A stretch of 64,000 nt of DNA from Girardia tigrina (lineage: Eukaryota), in the NCBI GenBank assembly GCA_001938485.1, contig MQRK01206548.1:26613-90612 (forward strand), read 5' to 3'. Of the stretch, positions 1 through 12,560 are shown piece by piece. A program made the position numbers and the translations under genes. The notes under the pieces were generated by a model. The model worked only from the letters and a program-made list of their open reading frames with translations. It was not told where the DNA came from and did not search any database. How positions within the stretch are numbered: the first letter of the stretch is position 1; each line of letters opens with the position of its first letter.

Positions 1-1643
1 TTTTCTTTTATAAATATTTTATTAAAATGAATATCTTTCTGATATTTTTATACAATATTCTTTATGATCATAAACACATTTTCGCAAAATTTCGTATATA
101 TATGTTCATTTTTAAAAAATTTATAACACTTTGAACATAAAATACGATGGACAAATTATTAAATACACAAAGACACGGTTACACAATAAAGGTCGGAAAG
201 GTGATTTACGATTTAAATTATGTAACTTAAGTTATTGTGCAATGTTATTACATAATCTAGGTAATATAATTGATGTGTAAAATTGTGTAATTACAATCAT
301 TTTATCAACTAGCACAGTATTTAGTAAAGAATGGGAAGGTCTCAAGATATATCAAAAGAAAAGAAGGTGACAATATTGGTTTTGTTGAAAAATACTGAAC
401 TTTCAATGCGAGAAATAGCTAGATGTTAGCGTGATGACAGTATCAAAATGCAATAATAACCCTGCATACTCGATTAGCGATACTATAAGAGTAGGAAAAA
501 TTGGTCGCAAAAAGGCTTCTACAACAAGTGAGGATAGAATTCTGGTTCGCAACCGCAGAAGAAATCCTTTAGCAACTGCAGCTCAACTTCAAAATGAATG
601 GAATTCTTATGGAGTTCGTGTATCTACTCGCACCGTGTGCCGCCGTCTCAATCAATTGGGTTGTCGATCAATTAAGGCAAGACGAGTACCAAAGCTGACT
701 CCTGCAATGAAACAAAAACGTTTAGCTTTTGCTCTTCTGCATCGTGAATGGACTCAAGATCAATGGAACAAGGTATGTTTTAGTGACGAAAGCACTTTCG
801 AATGCCATTATGCAGAGAGGCCTCGAATTTGGCAAACTATAGGTTCACCACCCCCGACCAGACGAAGAACTAAGCATCCAACTAAGGCAATGGTGTAGGG
901 GATGATCAGTTGCAAGGGCCCTAGTTCACTTCACGTCTGTGATGGCATTATGAATTCGGAAAAATATTTAGATGTCATACGTAATTCAGCAATTCCTCAA
1001 ATAAAGAAATGGTTTCCAAGAAGTAAAGATTTCATATTCATGCAGGAAGGGGCACCCTGTCATACAGCTAAGATTGTGAAGACATATTTAGAAACGAAAA
1101 AGGTTCCGATGTTGCCTTGGCCGGGTAACAGCCCTGACTTGAATCCCATCGAAAATATATGGGCATTGGTCAAAGACCGTCTATCACGACAAACCATAAC
1201 TACCAAAGAGGGTCTGGTCGCCGAACTTAATCGGGTTTGGCTTCAAGATGTCGGCCTTACTGTGACAATAAAGAACGCTATTGAAAGCATGCCACGACGG
1301 ATTGATGCAGTAATTAAAGCTAAAGGAGGTAATATAAGATATTAGAAACATTAAGGTAAAGTTTTGTACCTTAAATATATGTGTTTTGTGTATTATTTGA
1401 CTTTTCCGATCTTCATTGCGTAACCGTGTCTTTGTGTATTTAATAATTTGTCTATCGTATTTTATGTTCAGTGTTATAACTTTTTAAAAAATGAACATAT
1501 ATATATACGAAATTTTGCGAAAATGTGTTCATGGTAATAAAGAATATTGTATAAAAATATCAGAAAAATATTCATTTTAATAAAATATTTATAAAAGAAA
1601 AACATTAAAAATAGAGGTGTATGTAGTAATTTGTCTCCTACTG
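1..1643 (+). mobile_element. Tc1-family (DD34E) DNA transposon with long TIRs, defective; left TIR cut by the window edge
   Basis: 1-200 is the near-perfect reverse complement of ~1401-1601. The right end is ...GTCTCCTACTG followed by TA. The transposase runs 331-1345 with FSDES, QEGAPCH (D>E) and WPGNSPDLNPIEN at 34-aa spacing. It has a frameshift near 425 and TAG in place of TGG at 896-898. Confidence 0.95.
331..1345 (+). pseudogene. Tc1 transposase pseudogene
   Basis: MGRSQDIS... start at 331, then ORFs 431-898 and 902-1345 with HTH and DDE motifs, interrupted by a frameshift and a stop. Confidence 0.93.
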
Positions 1644-2018
1644 TATATATTAGACGTACTAAATATATATGTATATGTATATATGTATTTGTTTATCTGG
1701 ACCAGAGAGAAATTTTGAGTTTGAGTTTTAAGTTTTTAAAAAGTGAAAGAGATAACACATATGCAAACAAAAAAGTTTTTAAGAGGTAAATTGTGCTTAT
1801 TCATTTTTTTATTGGAAACGAAGTTCAAATTTTCTCGAAAATAAATCGGTGTGAAGTAACTTTTAAGTCGTTTGATTCTAAGAATTTTATACTTAAACAA
1901 TGAAGGAAAACATTCCGATCACGAATAAGTTATATGAGTATTGAGAGAACTCATTGAAAGATATTTTGCTCATTAAAATATTGATGTGAACGGAAAATCG
2001 GTTAGCAATCAAATAAAG

Positions 2019-2120
2019 ATGCTGATTCCGATGTCTAGTCTGTACGTCGGTGATGTACATCCGGATTTACTAAAGCTGGAAAGTTATGTCGACTTGCGTG
2101 TGTCACGAAATGATCACACA
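2019..2120 (+). pseudogene. PABPC1: Polyadenylate-binding protein (PABPC) RRM1 N-terminal fragment
   Basis: PMSSLYVGDVHPD followed, after frameshift/deletion, by KVMSTCVCHEMIT. This matches PMASLYVGDLHPDVTEA...GPILSIRVCRDMIT. Confidence 0.75.
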
Positions 2121-3259
2121 CTAGTCTTTCGAATACGCCGGTATATCCTTTCAAAACGCGAAATATGTCGAATCCAGCTTGGATAGAAAGAATTTTAACG
2201 CGATGAAAGGTATATTTGTCTGAATAATGGGGTCTCGAAGCGATCCGTGGTTACATAAATCATGAATTAGAGAACATGTACCACTCCTCCTCAAGACGAT
2301 CAGTAGTGTTTGGTCGATTGAAGACCAACAGCCGCCAGCAACAATAATAATATGCGTTTTATATTCATAAATCTTTAACCTGAACATATTTGCGATAAAA
2401 TATGGAGATTAAATTGATATATAATTCTATCAATGTCGATTTGACACTAAAATACTCACATCAATTAATGCTTTTATAATTGTTAGGATTAGACTCACAG
2501 ACGAAAGACTTTGTAAACGCATGTGACAGATTTTGTTGGTAAAAGTTTCAAGTTTATGCCAAAGAAAAATGATAATTTAAATTATTAAAAATCCCTTAAA
2601 TCATGAACATATTAGAAGATCCAAAATCATTTAGTTAAATGCAACAAAATTAAAATATAATTTTATTTAATAATATATTATTTATTGATTGTTATTTATT
2701 TTTTGCCATAATCTCTAAGATTTCCATATTTTCTGTTGATGTATTCTCGAAGAGGAAGCATATCATTGTCGAATCCAAAGGTCGGCATTGCAAACTTTTT
2801 GTTAACTAGAAACCTGTCGGGTACATTGTGCATGAATTGGGCTTCTCCTGGCTGAGAATATACGTAAACAAGGTTTATTACAATTAAGATTGAGAGAAAT
2901 AGGTTGACTTTGATGAGTGACCTGAAAAATGTTATTATTGTTATTATAATAATCTTCACCATTATAAAAATAATAATTTTTGAAACCATTATCATTAACA
3001 AATAATATTGTATGACTATTAGATCGGTATATCCGTCATATTTCAATTTCTGGATTAGAAAACTAGTAAACAGATATGGTTCATGGTATAAGTGACATCT
3101 CCGAGAAAAATAAAACGAAATTATCTGGAGTGTCCACCTCCACAAACAGACATCGTCGCACAGTCCTCGGAACCATAGAACGAGAATAAAATTGACAGGA
3201 TAAAAGCAAAACATAACTGTTGTTTAATTTGTTAAAATATCTCAATAGAAGTTTTCTAA

Positions 3260-3403
3260 CAAAGATAATACAGTTGCGGTATCTTTCCATCAAAATGGGG
3301 CGACTGAATCATAATCAGCATTTAGAAACTCCATTTTTACACAATTTGCAATTGGATTTACTGTTTTAAGCGTATTCAGTCATATAAAATAGTCGTCTTC
3401 CAT
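3260..3403 (-). pseudogene. PARP1: PARP1 zinc finger 1 N-terminal fragment
   Basis: Frameshifted reading MEDD..YMTEYA*NSKSNCKLCKNGVSK..IMIQSPHFDGKIPQLYY matches YRVEYAKSGRASCKKC...IMVQSPMFDGKVPHWYH. Confidence 0.85.
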
Positions 3404-3721
3404 TATAAAATCAAATATGATAAAGTACACATTTTAATTTTTATTTCTATAAAAATATTTCATTTCATATATTGGAACTTTAATAACGTTAGACATTTTT
3501 GTTGATTTGTAAAATTCAAAAATGACAGGATTTAATAATTCACTTTTATTTTTAAATTAAAATTCATCATATAACAATCACGTACACATTTTAATTTTTA
3601 CAATGGAGCAAAAAATCTCAAATTTCTTTTTGTAGTTTTATTTTAAATTGTGCCAAAAAGTTACTAATCAATTAACTTTTCATTGATGCATTTAAACAAT
3701 GCATAATTATTTACATTTTTG

Positions 3722-4371
3722 GGATCTTGTTAAAAATATGCCACCAGGGGCATATTTTTTAGTTGTGTAATTTTAGGGGCGTACTTTTTAGTTGTGTAAT
3801 TTTTAGGGGCGTACTTTTTAGTTGTGTAATTATATCTCATTATAAATACATCTTATTTATTTTAATGTTCATAAATATTTTTTGGATCACGTCACCTAGT
3901 ACGTATGAAACAATCATAAGAAGACTAATGAATGCTGATTTACAAGACACGATAACATATTCCAATTTAAATGCTCTAGGATATGATCATGATACAGTTA
4001 ATCATTCGATTAATTTTGTAGAGCCTAGAACCGGGATTTACACACAAAATGTTGAATCTTATTGGAATAAAAACAAAACACTGTGCAAGAAAATGAAAGG
4101 AGTCAAAAAAGAATTTTTGCAGGATTACCTTAATGAGTTTATGTGGCGAGACAACATTTCTGGAGATTCTTTTGAAAAATTGATGAATTTATTGAAAAAT
4201 TATTTTAATGATGAATAAATTTCATAATTTTGTATTGTGTTTTTATTTTATTTATTACACGGGGGCATATTTTTTAGTTGTGTAATTTTAGGGGCATATT
4301 TTTTAGTTGTGTAATTTCAGGGGCATACTTTTTAGTTGTGTAATTTTAGGGGCGTACTTTTAACATGATCC
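3722..4371 (+). mobile_element. Merlin (IS1016/ISXO2-like) DNA transposon, internally deleted
   Basis: Exact 8-bp TSD CATTTTTG (3714-3721 and 4372-4379). TIR GGATCWTGTTAAAA. Subterminal ~29-bp tandem repeats at both ends. Transposase C-terminus HDTVNHSINFVEP..YTQNVESYW..LQDYLNEFMWR. Confidence 0.92.
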
Positions 4372-4911
4372 CATTTTTGTATTGAATAAATATGAATCCG
4401 AATTAAAAGGAAATATTTATGATTTTGAACCGCTCCAATCACAAAAACTGTTAGTAGCGTTTGTTACATCAATTTCAGAAATCATTTTTACTCAAATTCA
4501 AGTTTTAAATATTTAAGTATCATTCTAAGTATTAATTTTCAATTTTGAATTTGATTTCAATTCCAAATAATTTTTAAATTATTTAAATTTTGATCAGCGA
4601 AATGAAATTTAACTAACTCCTCATAAAACTATTCATTTTTCAAAAAGGATTTTAAAGTAAAATGGTAATGTTAGAGATTAAAAGTTAAATTCAAATTTTT
4701 GATTTATAAAATTAATTTTAATAAAATTAAATAATGACATAAAAGTAAACAGTTTCTTGACAATTAAAAAAATAAAGATGAATAAAATACTAAAACTTAT
4801 TTGTATGAATATAAATAATTATTTAAAAGGGGATTGATAATCTAAATAAAATGTTTTCTCTAGAAATTTAAAAAAACAATTTACTAATTTAGAATTTTTA
4901 AATTAATACAT

Positions 4912-5705
4912 TTTTATTGAAAATGAAAGTTTGTTACCACGTTTTTATTAGCTTGCTTTCTTGTCTGTTTGTCTGTTTGTCTGGAACAAATCTTGCGATT
5001 GATTTTTCGACCACTTTCAGTCATCCAATTGAGCTGAATTTTTTTATGCAGGCTTGCTTCCGATGACAATACAATATTATAAAAAAATTTTTGAAAATAA
5101 ATAATTTTTTCTAATTTGTTTTGCAAAAAACCACTTACGATTATCTACAAATTTATACACTGTATTAAATAGCAATCTTTTCGTTTATTTTCATGAATGA
5201 AGTTTTANNNNNNNNNNNNNNNNNNNNNNNNNNNNNNNNNNNNNNNNNNNNNNNNNNNNNNNNNNNNNNNNNNNNNNNNNNNNNNNNNNNNNNNNNNNNN
5301 NNNNNNNNNNNNNNNNNNNNNNNNNNNNNNNNNNNNNNNNNNNNNNNNNNNNNNNNNNNNNNNNNNNNNNNNNNNNNNNNNNNNNNNNNNNNNNNNNNNN
5401 NNNNNNNNNNNNNNNNNNNNNNNNNNNNNNNNNNNNNNNNNNNNNNNNNNNNNNNNNNNNNNNNNNNNNNNNNNNNNNNNNNNNNNNNNNNNNNNNNNNN
5501 NNNNNNNNNNNNNNNNNNNNNNNNNNNNNNNNNNNNNNNNNNNNNNNNNNNNNNNNNNNNNNNNNNNNNNNNNNNNNNNNNNNNNNNNNNNNNNNNNNNN
5601 NNNNNNNNNNNNNNNNNGGTATAAAATTTCGCACATGTCTAGAAAAAAATTATTTTCCTCTTTTTAGTGCATTGGTAATGCTTGAAAAACGTGGTTGTTT
5701 TTATA
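4912..5705 (+). mobile_element. DINE-1/HINE-like (Helentron-associated) non-autonomous element spanning the gap
   Basis: Subterminal inverted repeat ACCACGTTTTT (~4936) / AAAAACGTGGT (~5685), a GTCTGTTT microsatellite at ~4963-4983 and T-rich ends. A related ATTAGCTTGCTTTC end occurs at ~41505-41518 on the - strand. Confidence 0.55.
5208..5617. other. Assembly gap (N run); further 50-N gaps at 40448-40497 and 57849-57898 lie inside (TA)n
   Basis: N characters in the sequence. Confidence 1.
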
Positions 5706-6676
5706 AAAAATTTTTTTTATTAATAATATTATTTTTGATGTTTTGAAATGCAGAATTATGCTAACAAGACAAAATGTGTGAAATTCTGATTTCCCGTTAA
5801 ACAAATACAAAATGATATATTAAAACAAATAAGATTTCCATAGCCTTTATAGTTTCTAATTTAACCATTAAAAAATTTCATTAAAATATGCTGCCTTTTT
5901 CTGGTATATTCTGGATACTTAGTGGTCCAGCCACGTAAGTGTATCAGTCAAATGTTATTACTGTGATATTACATACATTGGAGTGCATTATCGCGATTGT
6001 GCAATGAATCTCGGAAATAATGAAAGTTGATCTGATATTATAAAAAAATATTACAAGCGGAAAATGTTTTCGGCTAATTTTTCCATGGTAGATCTGTTCT
6101 TGTAAAAACACTAAGATTATTTACAAATGTACCTCTGGTTAGAAGATTATTAATTTTTATATTTGTCTGCTGGTAACCTAATTAATTACAGACATCAACA
6201 AGTCATCATTCAGATCCTTAGAGATTAGAGAAGCTGTGAAGAATCAAAATTGTCTTTAGACAATTTAGATCTTATCTCATCAACGGTAGATTTGCGCAAC
6301 GCTAATACATCTCTCGTTTTATATCTTCCGAATAATAATGAAATGAGGTAAAGCTAATTGTGGTTCTCACTATTCGGGTAATCTCGTCTCTTTGCTAAAC
6401 GATACTCATTTGATGATAGTTTGTCTTCCGACAAAAGCGAAACATCAAATATCAGAAATTCGATAATTAACATTTCTTTTTTAAAATTTATAAATCTTAA
6501 ACTGATAAATTATTTGGTATAATTAAAGGAAAAAATCTGTTAGAAATGTAATCTAATATTCGTATTTTAAATAAAATTTTTAATAATAATTCATGAGTTA
6601 TTTTTCATTACAATAATATACAATAAATTAATTTAATATTTTCAACAATGTTTCAATTTATAAATTTTTAAAAGTT

Positions 6677-7768
6677 TTTTAGCTGTTCGGAAAGTTATTT
6701 CGTTTGTTTTGTTGAAAATCAAACCTTATTTTTTTAGAGTATAAAAACATTTTTTAATTAAATATTCTTTGTTTTGGTCCAGTACTCTTTGCTATATTTC
6801 GAACCGGAGATTGATTCCACGCTCATAAAACTTGTGGTATTTGATGCCAAAAACTTTTTGCTTGAGTGAATTATGGAATTTGTTCATATGATCCTAGTAC
6901 ACTTCATAATTAATTTTAGTCTTTTCCGATGAAAGGTAAAAGGGGAACCCATCGAAAAGGCCATCAAACTCTTCGAATAACCTATTTTACTGAATATTAA
7001 CCGTCTAAGTAGTTCAAGCTAGTTCATCGTTTTTTCTCAAAATTTTTTTATCATTTTTATAGAAAATCCTTTTCTAGGTGCTAGTAATGATTGGTTTCAG
7101 GTTTTTGATGTTTGAAAGCCAATCACAGTTGTAAATTTCATTCTGTAAGAATATGTTGAATCCATATCCCAAATTTCGGTATTAAACCAAGACGTTTTCT
7201 TCATCAAGAACTTTCGAATTCGACAAATCGTACATTTCAGCATTCTCATCACTTCTTTTTGAGTGTTTTGCATTCATCAGTGCCTTTTTTCTTTAACCCT
7301 CAATGGGTCTGGTGCATCTTCAAAATCAAAATTGTTGGAATACAATTTCGCAAACCAGTTTTATCAGTATTGTTCGGCCAATACATCTTCTTACCCACCA
7401 AATAGTAAAAAACACCAAATAGTAAAAAAAATAACACCTTGTCTTTTCAGTAGTAAAAAAGTTACTATGTCAAAAATGCTACATTTGGCAACAAAAAATA
7501 AATTTATTACCAGTTATTATTTTGGATTTCTTATCATAGTTCAGTAAACGTTCTTATATCGAAATACAAATTTAATGAAAAAATAGTGTGCACTCGATTA
7601 TGGCAAAAATTTGAATATAGCAAAAGATTTTTTCATATGACTTTGAAATAGCCGAAGTTTGAATGTATAATGAATTTGAGACTTAAAAGAGTAGTTGGCG
7701 GTGAAAGAATATTTACATTTAGGTCCTCTGTTTGGAAAAAAAACGAAATTACTTTACGAACAACCCAA
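6677..7768 (-). mobile_element. Degenerate mariner element
   Basis: Inverted ends (TGTTCGGAAAGTTATTTCGTTT at ~6684; CGAAATTACTTTACGAACAACCCAA+TA at 7744-7770). Relic peptides EDVLAEQ..NWFAKLYSNNFDFEDAP and FYERGI..QRVLDQN. Confidence 0.75.
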
Positions 7769-7853
7769 TATATAACATTATATTATATTATATTACAGTA
7801 GTGCAACTATTAGCAACATCACAGTTTGAGTGTAAACATTTATGAACAACACA

Positions 7854-8467
7854 TGTGAGATATAAATTAATAATTTTAAATATTAAATGTAAACTAACTT
7901 AATAATTATTTTATATAACATTTGGTTCAAAACATTCAAATAATTAACTCTCCAATGTAAATAAATATGACTTATTAAAATGCCAATTGTTTAAATAATT
8001 GGATTATCACGTGTATATTTTGAATAATTAAATATATTTTTAGAATATAATTTTGCGTTATTATTTTCCCTAATAACACAAACATTTTCAGTCGTGATTT
8101 CTGCTGTAAGCGTTATTCTTGATTAATATGCTTTTTTAGCTATATTCAAATCTTTAAATTAATTAATGGTATAAGAATAATATTAACTTTTACATTCTCA
8201 AAATTTCATTGGATAAAAATACATTAAATAAATTTTAAAATAAGCATTAGTTTTTAAAATATATTAAATTCAATAATTTAAATTGTTTACTAAAAATATT
8301 ATTAAAATTTATAATTATAAAACCTTTAATTAATTAGTAATTAAACATTAATTTCATTAGATTAAAATAATTAATCAATAACATATCAATCCCATCTGAT
8401 TAGAAGAATCACAAATCAAATCAGCATACAAACAACAAACTTACAACATTCTGAATTTTCCCTCACA
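7854..8467 (+). repeat. TGTGAG...CTCACA dispersed repeat copy (probable solo LTR)
   Basis: CCATCTGATTAGAAGA box, CA-rich tract and CCTCACA end shared with at least 7 other copies. 6-bp terminal inverted repeat. Confidence 0.55.
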
Positions 8468-9859
8468 CCAACGTATGAGTTAAATATGAGTCGCACTTAA
8501 CATGCTTATAGAGATAATTAATACAAAAATGTTGTATAATTTATATAATAATTATACAAATAAAAATAATAGAAAAATCTTCAAATAAAACGTTTTCAAT
8601 ATTTTTTATTTAAAATTGTGGATAAAAAATTCCATAAAAACATGAAAATAATTTACAAATAACAATAAAAGAAATGATATATATTAAATATTACTTTAAA
8701 TTTTGTTTTCATTGAAAGACAATCTAAATTCTAAAAAAACATATTGAAAGACGATAAGCTATTTTAATATGTTTTTATCGATTTCGAAAAAGATAATTCA
8801 GAGTAAATTGGCGAATAAAATTGTCATTACTTTTATTATTCTAAGATTAACATCTAAATTCAGACACATACTAAATAAATCACTAAGAATCAAATATCGA
8901 GTTTGTATTTATTTATATTATTGTTAACATTTCCCCTAATTTCAAAAGGAGCCGCATTTGACACCCCTGTAATATTATATTATATTATATTATATTGTAT
9001 TATATTATATATATTATATTATAAATTCAAGGTTTATAAATTTTATGTTCTTTACTGTTTCTATCTTTTGTTTTATTATTAAAATTGTATTTAAAAGATT
9101 TTATCCGACAATATTTTTGATTAAAATTTTCTATATTTACTCTTTTATATACCAAGTTAAAATTAAATTCCTCAACTTCATATTATTTGTAATGTCTCAA
9201 CGCCTATTAAAATAATTTCTTAAAGATAATTGAAACGAAAATCACGTTCTTTATTTACATATTCCAAAATTGCAACATAATATTTTTAATTTACAAAAAT
9301 TTAATTAAAAATATATTATATTACGTTAAATTAAAATGTAATTTTAGATTAAGAAAATATTTTTTCTATAATTAAATTAAAATCAGCAAATTAAAATTTT
9401 TTCAATTTCCTTTTCACTTAATATCTATTATGTTAGAAATAGGGTACTGTTTCGTGAACTCAGAATATTCGATTCACCTGGGCGGGTGCAAAAAAGATAA
9501 TTCAGAGATCAAAAAATTGGTGTGAATTGTTGGAGTTCTGGTTTGACAAATTGGATTTTGTAAAGAATTAACGACTTTAATTTATGGTATAACCAGTGAA
9601 ATTTCAATCGTACTAGACTGTTTATTGATAAATTTTGCAATGTATATTTTATCATATGATGTTTTATGTAGAAAATTTGTTTCAGATAAAAATGTCTGTC
9701 TAATAAAAAATGTGAAATTTAGATTATTTTTAAAACAGATTAGCGTAAAAAAGAAATTTGATTAAAATAAGATAGAAAATGTTGATTTTGCTTTGACGAA
9801 GAAAAAAATGGGAAATTTGAATTGAAAATAAAAAACTGTGTTTTTGTTTCATGTGTTTT

Positions 9860-10220
9860 ATTCTGGTTAATAAACAAATGGGCGATTATAATCGGTTCTA
9901 CATATGAAATTGGGTTTTCGATTGCCAAAAAGTTTTTGAAAGAATGCTCGAAAGTCGTTATTTGAGGTTGAAAACTGTAAAATACGCTGTTGAAAAATCG
10001 GGAAAGACGAACAGCGGTGTCCTTCGTCAGGTGTCGAAATCTACTGACCGAAGGAAAGTCATTTTAAAGAGGATTGAGAGTCTTAAAAAAATCAATAATT
10101 TTATGTCGAATGTTGCAAAAAATACTTGCATCGAAGACGTATGGGATAAAATGTTCGATACTAATCTTCAATCGAGTTTATTTAATATAAGAAGACTTTC
10201 ATTATTTAAATCTAAACGAA
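9860..10220 (+). pseudogene. DHRS4: Short-chain dehydrogenase, DHRS4-like pseudogene
   Basis: KWAIIIGSTYEIGFSIAKKFLKECSKVVI (Rossmann TGxxxGIG), then after a frameshift VKYAVEK..GVLRQVSKSTDR..INNFMSNVA..EDVWDKMFDTNLQS, colinear with DHRS4. Confidence 0.8.
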
Positions 10221-10587
10221 TCAATTGTCATAAACTCATCAATCAGCGGTTTTAATCATTTTCCCTCAGACTCTGTTGTTACTAGTACCGATCCAAAGAT
10301 CAGTCATGTTACCTTGCATGGAGATTTTCTAGAGAGATATGATCGATTCTCAAAAACCCGCCGAAGGGAGGTAAAAACTATTCGTCGCAACCACGCTCAT
10401 TCTGCTATCAGGTACCTATTATCATATGCTCTCCAATTAGGAGAACGACCAATACTTATACATTTTAATTCAAACTCTCAATGTTATATGTATACTTTAT
10501 ATACCACTTCCAAACTAAATCAACTACAAAAGAACATATTTATTAATCTTCATTTTACATAGAAGTAACATTCCCTCTTGTTGCTAT

Positions 10588-11805
10588 TGTGAGAAACATT
10601 TTAAATTTAGTATTTTGAAATCGATATGTTGAATTTGGTGTGTTTAATTTAGAATTTGGAAATAGATTGAAATTTCCTATTTTGAATGTTCGGGAGGATT
10701 AATTGTTTGAGCTTGATTTACATTTTTAATAACAACATAAGATATTTAAAACTGTAAACTATAAAAATATAAAATATTTGTTTAAAAATTTTATTAAAGT
10801 AAATAACTTTAAACTGAATTTTAGATCGATTAAATATTTTTAAATAAAATAATTTTTAGAAAAAATTAATGCAAAATTTATTAAAATAAAATTTTCAAAA
10901 AAATCTGAAAATAATTTAAATTTATGAAATGAAAATTTTTTCGAATAATAGTTTAAAACGAAATATTATCGAAAGTCTTATCAATTTAACCAGATGTTGA
11001 ATTACGAAAGTTTGGGTATCAGTGCTTTCCAAAGACGACACGCAATCAACGTTATTATTGATACAATCAACATGACTGACAATTCAGACGTTAAAGTCGC
11101 GAGTTTCGGAGACAATGATTTATCCAGATCCGTCGTGTAGTGGAGGCCGCATTAGTTCAGGAGAAAGTGGGAGCAATCAACTAATTAGTAAAAATATTTT
11201 CAATCCATTAATATGTAATAGTAGTATTTTTAATTATATTTGTGATAATATAAATAATAAATATAATCTTAATCGCACAATAACAAGTTTCAAAATGTGA
11301 CATGGAGATTTTAGGCACGGGCAGACCAAAAGTTGTGTGGCAACAAATGAAAGTGAATTTTATGTATTCAGAACACCAATTTGACTTTTAATATCTTTAT
11401 TAACATAACAAGGATTGATTATGCTCAAAACAATCTTTGTCAAAACTTTTGTACAATTGCAGTCTAACTAATTGCTTAATGACTTTAATCTTATTATTTT
11501 AACAAATGGAGAATTACACAAATTGTTAAAATATTTATTACAAATTTTATTGGTTAAAATTTAAATGATTATTAATTCTTTAAAAAATATTAATTCAATT
11601 TATTTATTTAAAAATTGTAAATAAAATAATTTAACTTATTTAAAATTTTACAATTATTTTAAATTAGAAATAAATTTAAACATTACATATTTTCAGATAA
11701 TAAGAATTCAAATATTAATCAGCTATCTGGTTAGAAGAGATACAATTCTAAATCCACATACAACATTCAACCACAAAACATCAAACATTCAAAATATTCC
11801 TTACA
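10588..11805. repeat. Two oppositely oriented copies of the TGTGAG-terminal repeat family (about 10588-11279 and 11296-11805)
   Basis: 10588-11030 is homologous to the reverse complement of 36150-36617. 11540-11805 is homologous to the reverse complement of 35014-35310. Confidence 0.6.
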
Positions 11806-11879
11806 CTGTTTTATGTAGCGAAAAGGTGTTGCTCTTTTTTATTTTTTGTATGAAAATTTTAGTATACTGACATGCAGAG

Positions 11880-12560
11880 ATTTCAAAAACTTTATATCTA
11901 TAACCTGAGGCAGGTATATTTGAATGTGTGAAGACAGAGGAGAAGTCACAATTGAAAACCACAATTCAAGACAGTTTTGTTTTACAATAATACCGTTTGG
12001 CTTAGCAGCAGCCATAGCAGCATTTTTGAAGTTGATGGCCGAAGTTTTTGGAGATATTTTTTGGACGAAAACATTAGTTGATTTGAATAACATCCTTAGA
12101 AACAGAAACGCGACATCTGAAAAAGTAAAGTATATATGATTCAAGCATTGGGACTTCAAATAAACGTAGGAAAAGGAGATGTGAAGCTTTTGGGCAAAAT
12201 TTTGAATAAAAATATTTCAAGACAAACCCAGAAAAAATATGAGATATTTAAGATTTGGAGTAGCATAAATGCTTGAAAAACTTCGAAGTTTCCAGGGATG
12301 AGGAAACTATTACTGGTTATAGTTTATATTATATTATATTAAATTATATTTATATATAATATGATATTAAACAAAAGGAAATGTTTTATACATGCTAGGC
12401 AACAATAACAAAACTAGAATTTCATGAAGGAAACATGGAATTCGTAAAAAGAGAAAATAGATCTACAGGTGCGAATAGATATGAAAGATCATACACAATC
12501 ACCAGAAGAGCACTTGATTGCAGCCTTGAAATAAAAAGGACGACTTGTTAAGGTCCTTCC
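11880..12560 (+). mobile_element. Ty3/gypsy reverse transcriptase-RNase H relic
   Basis: FCFTIIPFGLAAAIAAFLKLMAEVFGD..LVDLNNIL (PFGL..F..YLDDIL) and ERSYTIT (RNase H ERNYS motif). Confidence 0.8.

Noticed and set aside
3747-4358. Regular ~29-bp repeats resembling a CRISPR array
   Set aside because: There are no unique spacers; they are subterminal repeats inside a Merlin element in a eukaryote.
5191-5667. Long ORFs in the track made of X residues
   Set aside because: They are artefacts of the N gap; the same applies at 40355-40563.
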